This document shows positions 14,369 through 31,020 of a stretch of DNA of 64,000 nt, piece after piece. A model generated the notes under the pieces. That model ran no database searches. It was not told the origin of the DNA and saw nothing but the letters and a program-made list of their open reading frames with translations. Numbering within the stretch: position 1 is the first letter of the stretch; each line of letters starts with the position of its first letter. A program made the position numbers and the translations under genes. Where the stretch lies: NCBI RefSeq assembly GCF_054482525.1, contig NZ_CM137006.1, one strand, 5' to 3'.

Positions 14369-15595
14369 ATGTCACCCTGTGAAAATGACACCCCTATAAA
14401 CTGGAAACGAAACCTGATCGTCGCCTGGCTAGGCTGTTTTCTTACGGGTGCCGCCTTCAGCCTGGTAATGCCCTTCTTACCCCTCTACGTTGAGCAGCTT
14501 GGCGTTACGGGCCACTCCGCCTTGAATATGTGGTCCGGTATTGTCTTCAGCATTACATTTTTATTTTCGGCCATCGCCTCACCGTTTTGGGGTGGACTCG
14601 CCGACCGTAAAGGCCGAAAACTCATGCTATTACGCTCTGCCCTCGGCATGGGCATCGTGATGGTGTTGATGGGGCTGGCACAAAATATCTGGCAGTTTTT
14701 GATCCTGCGGGCGCTTCTTGGGTTACTTGGCGGATTTGTCCCCAACGCTAATGCTCTTATCGCCACACAAGTACCGCGTAATAAAAGCGGCTGGGCGCTG
14801 GGGACGCTTTCCACAGGCGGCGTTAGCGGTGCGTTGCTCGGCCCAATGGCTGGCGGCCTGCTCGCCGATAGCTACGGCTTACGTCCGGTATTCTTTATTA
14901 CCGCCAGTGTGCTCATACTCTGCTTTTTCGTCACCCTGTTTTGCATCAGAGAAAAATTCCAGCCGGTCAGCAAAAAAGAGATGCTGCACATGCGTGAAGT
15001 GGTGACATCACTTAAAAACCCGAAACTGGTACTCAGCCTGTTTGTCACCACGTTAATCATCCAGGTGGCAACGGGCTCAATTGCCCCCATTCTGACGCTG
15101 TATGTCCGCGAACTGGCGGGTAACGTCAGTAACGTCGCCTTTATCAGTGGCATGATCGCCTCGGTGCCAGGCGTAGCTGCTCTGCTGAGTGCACCACGAC
15201 TCGGCAAACTTGGCGATCGAATCGGCCCCGAAAAGATCCTGATTACGGCGCTGATCTTTTCTGTACTGCTGTTGATCCCAATGTCTTACGTTCAGACGCC
15301 ATTGCAACTTGGGATTTTACGTTTTTTGCTCGGTGCCGCTGATGGTGCACTACTCCCCGCCGTACAGACACTGTTAGTTTATAACTCGAGCAACCAGATC
15401 GCCGGGCGTATCTTCAGCTATAACCAGTCGTTTCGTGATATTGGCAACGTTACCGGACCATTGATGGGAGCAGCGATTTCAGCGAACTACGGTTTCAGAG
15501 CGGTATTTCTCGTCACCGCTGGCGTAGTATTATTCAACGCAGTCTATTCATGGAACAGTCTACGTCGTCGTCGAATACCCCAGGTATCGAACTGA
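14369..15595 (+). CDS. mdtG: MFS multidrug efflux transporter MdtG
   Basis: 408-aa ORF recognised as MdtG (YceE). Confidence 0.9.
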
Positions 15596-15677
15596 TTTTT
15601 CGCCTTTCATACTTGCAAAAGCGGAGAATCAGCTATCCTTTTCCCTGAAACCTCATCAACACAAAGGGAGAATCGTG

Positions 15678-16052
15678 ATGACCATGTACGCAACGCTTGA
15701 AGAAGCCATTGACGCTGCACGCGAAGAATTTCTTGCAGACAACCCCGGCATCGACGCCGAAGACGCGAATGTGCAACAGTTCAATGCCCAAAAATACGTT
15801 TTGCAGGACGGCGACATCATGTGGCAAGTTGAGTTTTTTGCCGACGAAGGGGAAGAAGGTGAATGTTTACCTATGCTTAGCGGTGAAGCCGCGCAAAGTG
15901 TCTTTGACGGCGACTATGATGAGATAGAGATCCGCCAGGAGTGGCAAGAAGAGAATACATTACATGAATGGGACGAGGGGGAATTTCAGCTTGAGCCACC
16001 GCTGGATACCGAGGAAGGACGCGCAGCAGCTGATGAGTGGGATGAACGTTAA
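15678..16052 (+). CDS. msyB: acidic protein MsyB
   Basis: 124-aa highly acidic product MTMYATLEEAIDAAREEF... Confidence 0.85.
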   Translation: MTMYATLEEAIDAAREEFLADNPGIDAEDANVQQFNAQKYVLQDGDIMWQVEFFADEGEEGECLPMLSGEAAQSVFDGDYDEIEIRQEWQEENTLHEWDEGEFQLEPPLDTEEGRAAADEWDER

Positions 16053-16280
16053 TCACTCATACGGGCCATGATGAATGTCGATCGGCAGCAGTAAAGTATC
16101 AAAAACCAGGGAGAATGGCAGATCAAGGATCGTGACATAACGCCAGGCGGAGTCACGCACATCCCATTGCACACCGGGATAATATTGGTTGCCATGCCCC
16201 TGCCCCGGTATAGTGCGACTAATAATGCTGCCACAGCCACTCAGCAAGGTCACCATGATGCTCACCACAATTAAACGCAT
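16053..16280 (-). CDS. yceK: lipoprotein YceK
   Basis: 75-aa ORF with lipobox (LLSGC); convergent with msyB, stops abut. Confidence 0.8.
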   Translation of the reverse strand: MRLIVVSIMVTLLSGCGSIISRTIPGQGHGNQYYPGVQWDVRDSAWRYVTILDLPFSLVFDTLLLPIDIHHGPYE

Positions 16281-16344
16281 TTGATACCTCTTCCGTAAAA
16301 AAATACCGGCATAACGCCGGTATTTTTATTGGCTCGTTGTTTTT

Positions 16345-16445
16345 GCCAGATGTGGCGTGAACGCCTTATCCGACCTACAAAATCTTGCAAAATCAACACA
16401 TTGCAGGAGCGATGTAGGCCTGATAAGCGTAGCGCATCAGGCAAC
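16345..16445. repeat. pair of REP elements in inverted orientation (BIME-like)
   Basis: gccagatgtggcgtgaacgccttatccgacctac ... gtaggcctgataagcgtagcgcatcaggc, typical REP palindromic units. Confidence 0.7.
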
Positions 16446-16452
16446 TACGTTT

Positions 16453-20635
<4,183 letters not shown>

Positions 20636-20917
20636 TCAGCACGCTGGCTCATGGATTAAGCACCTGATTGCAACCGTTTTCACTTTCCGTGCTTCTCCTA
20701 AAGACAGAAGCATCGACTTCGTGTAGGGTTTGCCAGCAAATTTATTTATCAACCGTCTTACAGACGCTTCCATTCTGGTTAGTGGTAGCGATGATGCTAT
20801 GCATAAAAACCTTGAAGCCTGCGCCTGGCGCGGTCAGGTCGGTGTCGCTATGGCAACAAGCCTAAAGGCATAACCCGACAGGGATAAGACGAAAAATCCG
20901 AGATTAGTTAACCATAT

Positions 20918-22075
20918 ATGAATCCAGTACCCGCGCAACGTGAATATTTCCTCGACTCCATCCGCGCCTGGCTGATGTTGTTAGGGATCCCTTTTCATAT
21001 TTCTTTAATCTATTCGAGCCATACATGGCATGTGAATAGCGCCGAACCGTCATTGTGGCTGACCCTTTTTAATGACTTCATCCACTCGTTCCGCATGCAG
21101 GTATTTTTCGTTATATCCGGGTACTTTTCCTACATGCTTTTTTTACGCTATCCCTTGAAAAAATGGTGGAAAGTACGTGTCGAACGTGTAGGTATCCCGA
21201 TGTTAACAGCCATCCCCCTACTGACATTACCGCAATTTATTATGCTGCAATACGTCAAAGGGAAAGCGGAAAGTTGGCCTGGACTGTCATTGTATGACAA
21301 ATATAATACGTTGGCCTGGGAATTAATATCACACCTGTGGTTTTTACTGGTGTTAGTGGTCATGACGACGCTGTGCGTCTGGATATTCAAACGTATCAGA
21401 AATAATTTAGAAAATTCTGATAAAACGAATAAAAAATTCTCGATGGTAAAACTATCGGTGATTTTTTTGTGCCTCGGCATCGGTTATGCGGTAATAAGAA
21501 GAACAATTTTTATTGTGTATCCGCCCATTCTGAGTAACGGCATGTTCAATTTTATTGTCATGCAAACGCTATTTTATTTGCCGTTCTTTATCCTCGGCGC
21601 ACTGGCTTTCATTTTCCCTCATCTTAAAGCCTTGTTTACCACGCCGTCTCGTGGCTGTACCTTCGCAGCAGCATTGGCATTTGTCGCTTACTTACTCAAC
21701 CAGCGCTATGGCAGTGGCGATGCCTGGATGTACGAAACCGAGTCTGTGATCACCATGGTCCTCGGTCTGTGGATGGTGAATGTGGTCTTCTCCTTCGGCC
21801 ACCGTTTGCTTAACTTCCAGTCAGCGCGGGTGACTTACTTTGTTAATGCATCGCTGTTTATCTATCTGGTTCACCACCCGTTAACGCTGTTTTTCGGCGC
21901 GTACATTACACCGCACATCACCTCCAACTGGCTTGGTTTTCTCTGTGGCCTGATATTCGTAGTAGGGATTGCGATAATTCTGTATGAAATTCATTTACGC
22001 ATCCCGTTACTGAAGTTTTTGTTCTCTGGTAAACCGGTTGTTAAGCGTGAGAACGATAAAGCACCAGCCCGTTAA
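20918..22075 (+). CDS. opgC: OPG succinyltransferase OpgC (MdoC), acyltransferase-3 family
   Basis: 385-aa multi-TM ORF recognised as OpgC. Confidence 0.85.
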   Translation: MNPVPAQREYFLDSIRAWLMLLGIPFHISLIYSSHTWHVNSAEPSLWLTLFNDFIHSFRMQVFFVISGYFSYMLFLRYPLKKWWKVRVERVGIPMLTAIPLLTLPQFIMLQYVKGKAESWPGLSLYDKYNTLAWELISHLWFLLVLVVMTTLCVWIFKRIRNNLENSDKTNKKFSMVKLSVIFLCLGIGYAVIRRTIFIVYPPILSNGMFNFIVMQTLFYLPFFILGALAFIFPHLKALFTTPSRGCTFAAALAFVAYLLNQRYGSGDAWMYETESVITMVLGLWMVNVVFSFGHRLLNFQSARVTYFVNASLFIYLVHHPLTLFFGAYITPHITSNWLGFLCGLIFVVGIAIILYEIHLRIPLLKFLFSGKPVVKRENDKAPAR

Positions 22076-22082
22076 GCCGCGT

Positions 22083-23573
22083 TTACAATAACCATTCCAC
22101 AGGCAATATCGACGCCAGTCTGACCATAACCCGCTTCCAGAAACTGGTGGCGGGTTCTTTTTTGAGAACAATCTCTTTCTTTGCATGACGATCAACCCAG
22201 TTGATCCGTCCCCACCTGTCCAGACGGAGCTGCCAGGCCGCATCATACTGGCTCTGAATAAAGCGTTTATCAATTAACTGTGCCAGCGTTTCGCTCTCTA
22301 TCACGAAACCCATTTCAGTATTGAGCAATGTTGAACGCGGATCGAAATTGAAAGAGCCGATAAACACCGTTTTACCATCGATGCTAAAGGTTTTAGCATG
22401 CAGGCTGGCACCGGAATTACCGGTTATGCCGCGATCGTGTAACGTACTACTTTGTTCACGCGTCGGCTTGAGTTCATATAATTCCACGCCGTAGCGGAGC
22501 AATTTTTTGCGCCAGCGCGCGTATCCGGCATGGACGACAGCAACATCGTTAGCGGCAAGAGAATTGGTTAGGATCGCAATCTTTACCCCTTTTCTCACCA
22601 TCCGTAAGAGTTGCGCCACACCTGCGCGTGTCGGTACAAAATAGGAAGAGATAATATCGATGCGTTCACTGGGTAAGCCCATGATATCGAACAGGCGCTG
22701 CGGTAACAGTGAATGCCGTTTTGCCTTGCCCTCCCCTTTCGCCGGATCATCACTTAATAAACGTGTTTTCGCCCAGATAAGCGGCAACGTTCCATCAACC
22801 AGATGATTTATAAACGGGCTGGATTCCATTTTGCGTAAATAACGATGCGTCATGGCATCGTTGTGCCAGGATGCTGGTAACTCGATGCGATCCGCCATTT
22901 CACCTTCCGGGACATCCAGCACCTGCTGTAAGGGTGAAACCGATTTGCAATACCAGTAGCGGGCGAAATCATCGGCAACGTCCTCTACAACTGGTCCTAT
23001 TGCCATGACATCTAAATCCGAAAAAAGTGGCTCTTCCCCTGCCCCAAAATAGGCATCACCAATATTTCGTCCTCCCACCAGGGTAACCACGCCATCAACA
23101 GTGAAACTTTTATTGTGCATACGGCGATTGAGACGGGAAAAGTCGGTGATATAACCAAGCGGACGTAGCAAGCGAAACGAGAAAGGATTAAAAAGCCGGA
23201 CTTCAATGCGGGGATGACTGTCAAGCAAGCGTAAAATGTCGTCAAGTCCGGGTGTATTGTTGTCGTCCAGCAACAAACGGACGCGAACGCCACGCTTTGC
23301 TGCGGCTAACAGGGCGGAAAACAGTAACCGACCCGACATATCGTCCTGCCAGATGTAATACTGAACATCCAGCGTATGCTCTGCCATTTCGGCCAGACGA
23401 TACCGGGCGGCAAACGCATCCAGACTTTTCTCCAGAGGGAAAAGGCCACACTGACCGGGATGTTGCGAACACAGTGGCAGCACCGCGCTCGCCAGCCGGG
23501 GCAAATCATTCATCTCCTTGTTGGGTAAGGAGTCTTTCGTAGAGGTGGGTGTTTTCTTCATCATAACAGACAA
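22083..23573 (-). CDS. clsC: cardiolipin synthase C (phospholipase D family; YmdC)
   Basis: 496-aa maximal ORF; start uncertain (alternative Met at 23513 gives 476 aa); the maximal ORF overlaps the ymdB 3' end. Confidence 0.7.
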   Translation of the reverse strand: MSVMMKKTPTSTKDSLPNKEMNDLPRLASAVLPLCSQHPGQCGLFPLEKSLDAFAARYRLAEMAEHTLDVQYYIWQDDMSGRLLFSALLAAAKRGVRVRLLLDDNNTPGLDDILRLLDSHPRIEVRLFNPFSFRLLRPLGYITDFSRLNRRMHNKSFTVDGVVTLVGGRNIGDAYFGAGEEPLFSDLDVMAIGPVVEDVADDFARYWYCKSVSPLQQVLDVPEGEMADRIELPASWHNDAMTHRYLRKMESSPFINHLVDGTLPLIWAKTRLLSDDPAKGEGKAKRHSLLPQRLFDIMGLPSERIDIISSYFVPTRAGVAQLLRMVRKGVKIAILTNSLAANDVAVVHAGYARWRKKLLRYGVELYELKPTREQSSTLHDRGITGNSGASLHAKTFSIDGKTVFIGSFNFDPRSTLLNTEMGFVIESETLAQLIDKRFIQSQYDAAWQLRLDRWGRINWVDRHAKKEIVLKKEPATSFWKRVMVRLASILPVEWLL

Positions 23574-24039
23574 AGTATACCTGTTCGGGTAAAGCGTGAC
23601 GGGTAATAAATTCTGAAACGGTTTTTACTGCGATTTCAGCCGCTGCCGCACGAGGGTAACCATAAACCCCAGTACTGATTGCAGGAAATGCCACTGACGT
23701 ATAGCTGTTTGCCGCCACCAGTCGCAGACTATTGAGATAGGCATCCTGCAAAAGCTGGTCTTCGTTTTGTTCACCACCACGCCAGACTGGCCCGACGGTG
23801 TGCACTACGGCTTTAGCGGGAAGATCGCCTGCAAGCGTAATAACGGCATGCCCCGTAGGGCAATCGCCCTGCTGTTGCCTGACTTTTAAACAGGCATCCA
23901 GCAGAGCCGGACCCGCTGCGCGATGAATGGCCCCATCGACGCCGCCGCCTCCCATTAATGACGGATTAGCCGCATTCACAATCACATCAACGGCCAGTTT
24001 GGTAATATCACCCTGCACAACATGAATACGCGTTTTCAT
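23506..24039 (-). CDS. ymdB: macrodomain O-acetyl-ADP-ribose deacetylase YmdB
   Basis: 177-aa ORF with macro-domain motifs ([23 protein letters not shown]). Confidence 0.9.
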   Translation of the reverse strand: MKTRIHVVQGDITKLAVDVIVNAANPSLMGGGGVDGAIHRAAGPALLDACLKVRQQQGDCPTGHAVITLAGDLPAKAVVHTVGPVWRGGEQNEDQLLQDAYLNSLRLVAANSYTSVAFPAISTGVYGYPRAAAAEIAVKTVSEFITRHALPEQVYFVCYDEENTHLYERLLTQQGDE

Positions 24040-24133
24040 AACGCCTCCTTACACCTTCTTGTTTCTTAAGTGTACAGCAGGCTTTTTGGTTAAATCGCAT
24101 TTTTCTGCTCAGCAAGGTGAGTTGTTCAGAAAC

Positions 24134-24513
<380 letters not shown>

Positions 24514-24514
24514 C

Positions 24515-24786
<272 letters not shown>

Positions 24787-24841
24787 GGTGATGCTGCCAA
24801 CTTACTGATTTAGTGTATGATGGTGTTTTTGAGGTGCTCCA

Positions 24842-25117
24842 GTGGCTTCTGTTTCTATCAGCTGTCCCTCCTGTTCAGCTACTGACGGAGTGGTGCGTAA
24901 CGGCAAAAGCACCGCCGGACATCAGCGCTATCTCTGCTCTCACTGCCGTAAAACATGGCAACTGCAGTTCACTTACACCGCTTCTCAACCCGGTACGCAC
25001 CAGAAAATCATTGATATGGCCATGAATGGCGTTGGATGCCGGGCAACCGCCCGCATTATGGGCGTTGGCCTCAACACGATTTTACGTCACTTAAAAAACT
25101 CAGGCCGCAGTCGGTAA
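24842..25117 (+). CDS. insA: IS1 protein InsA
   Basis: 91-aa product [30 protein letters not shown]... recognised as InsA. Confidence 0.95.
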
Positions 25118-25539
25118 CCTCGCGCATACAGCCGGGCAGTGACGTCATCGTCTGCGCGGAAATGGACGAACAGTGGGGATACGTCGGGGCTAAATCGCGC
25201 CAGCGCTGGCTGTTTTACGCGTATGACAGGCTCCGGAAGACGGTTGTTGCGCACGTATTCGGTGAACGCACTATGGCGACGCTGGGGCGTCTTATGAGCC
25301 TGCTGTCACCCTTTGACGTGGTGATATGGATGACGGATGGCTGGCCGCTGTATGAATCCCGCCTGAAGGGAAAGCTGCACGTAATCAGCAAGCGATATAC
25401 GCAGCGAATTGAGCGGCATAACCTGAATCTGAGGCAGCACCTGGCACGGCTGGGACGGAAGTCGCTGTCGTTTTCAAAATCGGTGGAGCTGCATGACAAA
25501 GTCATCGGGCATTATCTGAACATAAAACACTATCAATAA
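25036..25539 (+). CDS. insB: IS1 transposase InsB reading frame (expressed as an InsAB' fusion by -1 frameshift)
   Basis: 167-aa ORF overlapping the insA 3' end; recognised as InsB. Confidence 0.9.
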
Positions 25540-25554
25540 GTTGGAGTCATTACC

Positions 25555-25563
25555 CTCTGCATA
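25555..25563. repeat. 9-bp target-site duplication (ctctgcata), right copy
   Basis: identical to 24778..24786. Confidence 0.85.
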
Positions 25564-25675
25564 GACAAGATTGAGTAAGAGTGACTTCAGGAATAATGGT
25601 GTACATATCCCCTTGCTGGGTCGTATTAAAGGTTATCTGACTGGAAAGTGCCGCAAGGAGTAATAACGCATTCAT
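25555..25675 (-). pseudogene. csgC: csgC 5' fragment (signal peptide plus ~20 residues), reads into IS1 and terminates
   Basis: MNALLLLAALSSQITFNTTQQGDMYTIIPEVTLTQSCLCR then a stop inside the IS1 right end; the two fragments minus the 9-bp duplication make 333 nt, i.e. 110 aa plus stop. Confidence 0.85.
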
Positions 25676-25733
25676 ATTCTTCTCCCGAAAAAAAACAGGG
25701 CTTGCGCCCTGTTTCTTTAATACAGAGGATGTA

Positions 25734-26189
25734 TTAGTACTGATGAGCGGTCGCGTTGTTACCAAAGCCAACCTGAGTGACGTTAACGCTGGAGTTAGAT
25801 GCAGTCTGGTCAACAGCAGCACCGTTACCGCCACCGAACTGTTTAACAGTCATAGTAGAATCTTTACCATTCCACTGATCAAGAGTAGCGCTGTTGCCGA
25901 AACCACGCTGAGTCAGATCGATTGAGCTGTCATCAGAACCTTGGCCAACATCTGCGCCGTTACCGCCGCCGTGCTGGGTAATGGTCAGATCAGAGTTACG
26001 GGCGTCAGCTTGCAGAGCAAGAGCAGAGTTACCGCCACCGTACTGGTAAATGTTCAGCTCTGAATTTGGGCCGCTATTATTACCGCCACCACCGTGGTTA
26101 CCGCCGCCGCCGTACTGAGGAACAACACCTGCCAGAGCGCTACCAGAGAATACGATTGCTGCAATTGCTGCTACTTTTAAAAGTTTCAT
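25734..26189 (-). CDS. csgA: major curlin subunit CsgA
   Basis: 151-aa ORF with signal peptide and five imperfect S-x5-Q-x-G-x-G-N repeats. Confidence 0.95.
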   Translation of the reverse strand: MKLLKVAAIAAIVFSGSALAGVVPQYGGGGNHGGGGNNSGPNSELNIYQYGGGNSALALQADARNSDLTITQHGGGNGADVGQGSDDSSIDLTQRGFGNSATLDQWNGKDSTMTVKQFGGGNGAAVDQTASNSSVNVTQVGFGNNATAHQY

Positions 26190-26229
26190 GTAAAACCCCC
26201 ATCGGATTGATTTAAAAGTCGAATGGAAA

Positions 26230-26685
26230 TTAACGTTGTGTCACGCGAATAGCCATTTGCGACTGTCTCTGCACTACAATTGCCGTTTTTTGAGTACCAT
26301 ACTGTGTAATATTTGCTTTATTACCAGAACCTTTCTGGATAATCATCGCAGTATTACCATAAGCACCTTGCGAAATACTGGCATCGTTGGCATTGCCCGC
26401 CTGATCAATATATGCAAGGTTATAATCTCCTGTCTGGTCAATCTTTGCCCGGTTGCTACTACCTTCTTGCGCAACAACCGCCAAAAGTTTTGAGCCTCCC
26501 TGCCGTACCTGAGTACTATTATTAGTCCCAGCTTGACCAATTATGGCTGCCTGATTAAATGAAGACTTACTCAATTCATTTACCGCGAAGTTATATTCTG
26601 AATTAGCTAAATCATAACCTGCTGCGGCTGCAATCCCAGGCGCACCCAGTATTGTTAACATCATAAATAACAATTTGTTTTTCAT
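26230..26685 (-). CDS. csgB: minor curlin nucleator CsgB
   Basis: ORF 26230..26712; start at MKNKLLFMMLTILGAPGIAAA gives 151 aa. Confidence 0.9.
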   Translation of the reverse strand: MKNKLLFMMLTILGAPGIAAAAGYDLANSEYNFAVNELSKSSFNQAAIIGQAGTNNSTQVRQGGSKLLAVVAQEGSSNRAKIDQTGDYNLAYIDQAGNANDASISQGAYGNTAMIIQKGSGNKANITQYGTQKTAIVVQRQSQMAIRVTQR

Positions 26686-27439
26686 GTTGTCACCCTGGAC
26701 CTGGTCGTACATTTAAGAAATTAAATCATTTCAACTTGGTTGTTAACGCAACCTGTATTTTGTTAACGCTGCGTTACGATGGAAAGTATGTCTGCGGAAA
26801 TATTTTTAATAACTCACCCGCGCGTTGTATTTTTCTTTTTTTGTTCATACCAAAGTATTAAAACCCACGTAAATACGCTGTTATCTACGCAAAAAAATAT
26901 TTTGTTTTCTTTTAAATCTCCATTTTCCGCAATCAAAAATCACCAGACAGCCATTCTTCTTGCCCGTCGCTGATTGCTGCGATATGTCTTGCGCACAAGC
27001 CGTGACAAACCTCGTCTTTTTGCAGTAAAAAATTGTCCACGGAGGTGTGAAGAAAAAACAACAACGTTTTACATGACGAAAGGACTACACCGAAATATTT
27101 TTTATATGCATTATTAGTAAGTTAGCACCATTTGTATGATTTTTTAAAATTGTGCAATAAAAACCAAATGTACAACTTTTCTATCATTTCTAAACTTAAT
27201 AAAACCTTAAGATTAACATTTTAATATAACGAGTTACATTTAGTTACATGTTTAACACTTGATTTAAGATTTGTAATGGCTAGATTGAAATCAGATGTAA
27301 TCCATTAGTTTTATATTTTACCCATTTAGGGCTGATTTATTACTACACACAGCAGTGCAACATCTGTCAGTACTTCTGGTGCTTCTATTTTAGAGGCAGC
27401 TGTCAGGTGTGCGATCAATAAAAAAAGCGGGGTTTCATC
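26686..27439. promoter_or_regulatory. csgBA / csgDEFG divergent intergenic control region
   Basis: 754-bp AT-rich ORF-free region between divergent csgB and csgD; known to hold the curli promoters and several regulator sites; individual sites not mapped here. Confidence 0.6.
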
Positions 27440-28090
<651 letters not shown>

Positions 28091-28094
28091 AGCC

Positions 28095-28484
28095 ATGAAA
28101 CGTTATTTACGCTGGATTGTGGCGGCAGAATTTCTGTTCGCCGCAGGGAATCTTCACGCCGTTGAGGTAGAAGTCCCGGGATTGTTAACTGACCATACTG
28201 TTTCATCTATTGGCCATGATTTTTACCGAGCCTTTAGTGATAAATGGGAAAGTGACTATACGGGTAACTTAACGATTAATGAAAGGCCCAGTGCACGATG
28301 GGGAAGTTGGATCACAATAACGGTCAATCAGGACGTTATTTTCCAGACTTTTTTATTCCCGTTGAAAAGAGACTTCGAAAAAACTGTCGTCTTTGCACTG
28401 ATTCAAACTGAAGAAGCACTAAATCGTCGCCAGATAAATCAGGCGTTATTAAGTACGGGCGATTTGGCGCATGATGAATTTTAA
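28095..28484 (+). CDS. csgE: curli secretion specificity factor CsgE
   Basis: 129-aa ORF recognised as CsgE. Confidence 0.9.
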
Positions 28485-28508
28485 ATAAAAAATTGTTCGG
28501 AGGCTGCA

Positions 28509-28925
28509 ATGCGTGTCAAACATGCAGTAGTTCTACTCATGCTTATTTCGCCTTTAAGTTGGGCTGGAACCATGACTTTCCAGTTCCGTAATCCAAACTT
28601 TGGTGGTAACCCAAATAACGGTGCTTTTTTATTAAATAGCGCCCAGGCACAAAACTCGTATAAAGATCCGAGCTATAACGATGACTTTGGTATTGAAACG
28701 CCATCAGCGTTAGATAACTTTACCCAGGCCATCCAGTCACAAATTTTAGGTGGGCTACTGTCGAATATTAATACCGGTAAACCGGGCCGCATGGTGACCA
28801 ACGATTATATTGTTGATATTGCTAACCGCGATGGTCAATTGCAGTTGAACGTGACAGATCGTAAAACCGGACAAACCTCGACCATCCAGGTTTCGGGTTT
28901 ACAAAATAACTCAACCGATTTTTAA
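28509..28925 (+). CDS. csgF: curli assembly component CsgF
   Basis: 138-aa ORF recognised as CsgF. Confidence 0.9.
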
Positions 28926-28951
28926 GCCCCAGCTTCATAAGGAAAATAATC

Positions 28952-29785
28952 ATGCAGCGCTTATTTCTTTTGGTTGCCGTCATGTTACTGAGCGGATGCT
29001 TAACCGCCCCGCCTAAAGAAGCCGCCAGACCGACATTAATGCCTCGTGCTCAGAGCTACAAAGATTTGACCCATCTGCCAGCGCCGACGGGTAAGATCTT
29101 TGTTTCGGTATACAACATTCAGGACGAAACCGGGCAATTTAAACCCTACCCGGCAAGTAACTTCTCCACTGCTGTTCCGCAAAGCGCCACGGCAATGCTG
29201 GTCACGGCATTAAAAGATTCTCGCTGGTTTATACCGCTGGAGCGCCAGGGCTTACAAAACCTGCTTAACGAGCGCAAGATTATTCGTGCAGCACAAGAAA
29301 ACGGCACGGTTGCCATTAATAACCGAATCCCGCTGCAATCTTTAACGGCGGCAAATATCATGGTTGAAGGTTCAATTATTGGTTATGAAAGCAACGTTAA
29401 ATCGGGCGGGGTTGGGGCAAGATATTTTGGGATCGGTGCCGACACGCAATACCAGCTTGATCAGATTGCCGTGAACCTGCGTGTCGTCAATGTGAGTACC
29501 GGTGAGATCCTCTCCTCGGTGAACACCAGTAAGACGATACTTTCCTATGAAGTTCAGGCGGGGGTCTTCCGCTTTATTGACTACCAGCGCTTGCTGGAAG
29601 GAGAAGTGGGTTACACCTCGAACGAACCCGTTATGCTGTGCCTGATGTCGGCTATCGAAACAGGCGTCATTTTCCTGATTAATGATGGTATCGACCGCGG
29701 TCTTTGGGATTTGCAGAACAAAGCAGAACGGCAGAATGACATTCTGGTGAAATACCGCCATATGTCGGTTCCACCGGAATCCTGA
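28952..29785 (+). CDS. csgG: curli secretion channel lipoprotein CsgG
   Basis: 277-aa ORF with lipobox (LLSGC); recognised as CsgG. Confidence 0.95.
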   Translation: MQRLFLLVAVMLLSGCLTAPPKEAARPTLMPRAQSYKDLTHLPAPTGKIFVSVYNIQDETGQFKPYPASNFSTAVPQSATAMLVTALKDSRWFIPLERQGLQNLLNERKIIRAAQENGTVAINNRIPLQSLTAANIMVEGSIIGYESNVKSGGVGARYFGIGADTQYQLDQIAVNLRVVNVSTGEILSSVNTSKTILSYEVQAGVFRFIDYQRLLEGEVGYTSNEPVMLCLMSAIETGVIFLINDGIDRGLWDLQNKAERQNDILVKYRHMSVPPES

Positions 29786-29849
29786 TAGATAAAAATGCCG
29801 GAATTAATAATCCGGCATTTTACTGTTTAAGCGAAAGCGTGAGTGCCCC

Positions 29850-30341
29850 TCACGCTTTATTTTTGATTTGCTGCTCACGGTGAGCGGTCTTCGTACTACG
29901 CGCCGCCAGCCACAGGCCGCTGTTTTTCATTGCGTAACCAAATATCAACCCGAGCGCCAGCGAAGGTAACACCAGTTTCCAGTCACCCTGCCCGGCAAAC
30001 GTCGCGCATGCGCCTATAAACGTTCCCGGAACAAATGAAAGCAGCAGCTGTTTGGCCTGAATACACATCAGAAACGCGACAATACCGGTTATGACATAAC
30101 CGAGAATTTCCAGATGTGGTGCCAGTGCACTACCGTAAATAATGACCATCGCCCACACCACGCCACTAAGCAGGGTTGCAGCGGAGATCGCCAGCCCTTT
30201 CAGCCCACCTTGCGGGCAGGCAAAGTAGGCCGTACAGCCCAGGAAGCCCGCCCAGCTTAGTAAGCCCAGGGAAACAGCCACCCATCCCCAGATACCGGAG
30301 AGAATGCCTGTTGTGATTGCAATAGAGAGAAGTATGTTCAT
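29850..30341 (-). CDS. ycdZ: inner-membrane protein YcdZ (DUF1097)
   Basis: ORF 29850..30389; start at MNILLSIAITTGIL gives 163 aa. Confidence 0.8.
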   Translation of the reverse strand: MNILLSIAITTGILSGIWGWVAVSLGLLSWAGFLGCTAYFACPQGGLKGLAISAATLLSGVVWAMVIIYGSALAPHLEILGYVITGIVAFLMCIQAKQLLLSFVPGTFIGACATFAGQGDWKLVLPSLALGLIFGYAMKNSGLWLAARSTKTAHREQQIKNKA

Positions 30342-30442
30342 GCCGCGCATGATAGCAGAAAACGCGGCCATGAATGAGATCGAGCACACATTTTATGCAA
30401 CAACAAATTATCTGTTGCAGTTATGAGTGATGCAGATCACAT

Positions 30443-30997
30443 TTACTCTTCAGGATCTTCTTCCAGCTCGTCCCACATTGCACTAATGGCATCGCGGGTT
30501 AGCGGTGCCATGGTGCGCCAGAAAGGCGTGGTTGCATGGGCCTCCACTTTACCGAGGAACGCACCACACCAGGGTAACAGATACTCACTGAACAGTGTTT
30601 CCAGTGCTTCGCTCTCATCTTCCGTTGACTGATCTTCCAGCCAGGAAGCCGCGAGCAGCAATGTGCCGATGTGATCGGCTGGCGTATCCGCTAATGGCAT
30701 CCCCCGTTCGGAAAGAAAAGCGCGCACTTCCGCTTCCGTCGCGCCCTCAACCCATGCGCTACGATATGGCGGCACAGCACATTCATCGCCGATAAACAAC
30801 GCATTGTAATCGGCAGAGACTTGCGCCATATCACAGCTTTTCTGTAAACGCGTCAGTAACTCATCCTGCTCCAGTGGCCAGTTCGCAGCCAGTTTCCCCT
30901 CACGAATCAGGGTAAACAGCGGCACCAGTAAAGGATCTTGCGGTTGGCGGTAATAGAGCGAACCCAGCACACGACAGAGGATAGAAAACTCGTTCAT
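30443..30997 (-). CDS. ycdY: TorD-family redox enzyme maturation chaperone YcdY
   Basis: 184-aa ORF recognised as YcdY. Confidence 0.85.
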   Translation of the reverse strand: MNEFSILCRVLGSLYYRQPQDPLLVPLFTLIREGKLAANWPLEQDELLTRLQKSCDMAQVSADYNALFIGDECAVPPYRSAWVEGATEAEVRAFLSERGMPLADTPADHIGTLLLAASWLEDQSTEDESEALETLFSEYLLPWCGAFLGKVEAHATTPFWRTMAPLTRDAISAMWDELEEDPEE

Positions 30998-31020
30998 TAA
31001 TATATTTCCATTACTAGTAA

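Larger units (their letters stand above)
24787..25554 (+). mobile_element. IS1 insertion sequence (768 bp), complete
   Basis: terminal inverted repeats ggtgatgctgccaacttactgat ... atcaataagttggagtcattacc; encodes InsA and InsB; flanked by 9-bp direct repeats. Confidence 0.95.

Noticed and set aside
25734-26712. Periodic short repeats in csgA/csgB as a possible CRISPR or tandem-repeat array
   Set aside because: The periodicity is at the protein level (amyloid repeats) inside intact coding frames. There are no identical direct DNA repeats with unique spacers and no cas genes.
26779-26973. 64-aa ORF in the csgB-csgD intergenic region
   Set aside because: It lies in the AT-rich curli control region, has no RBS, and its product is low-complexity and hydrophobic; more likely a chance frame in regulatory DNA.
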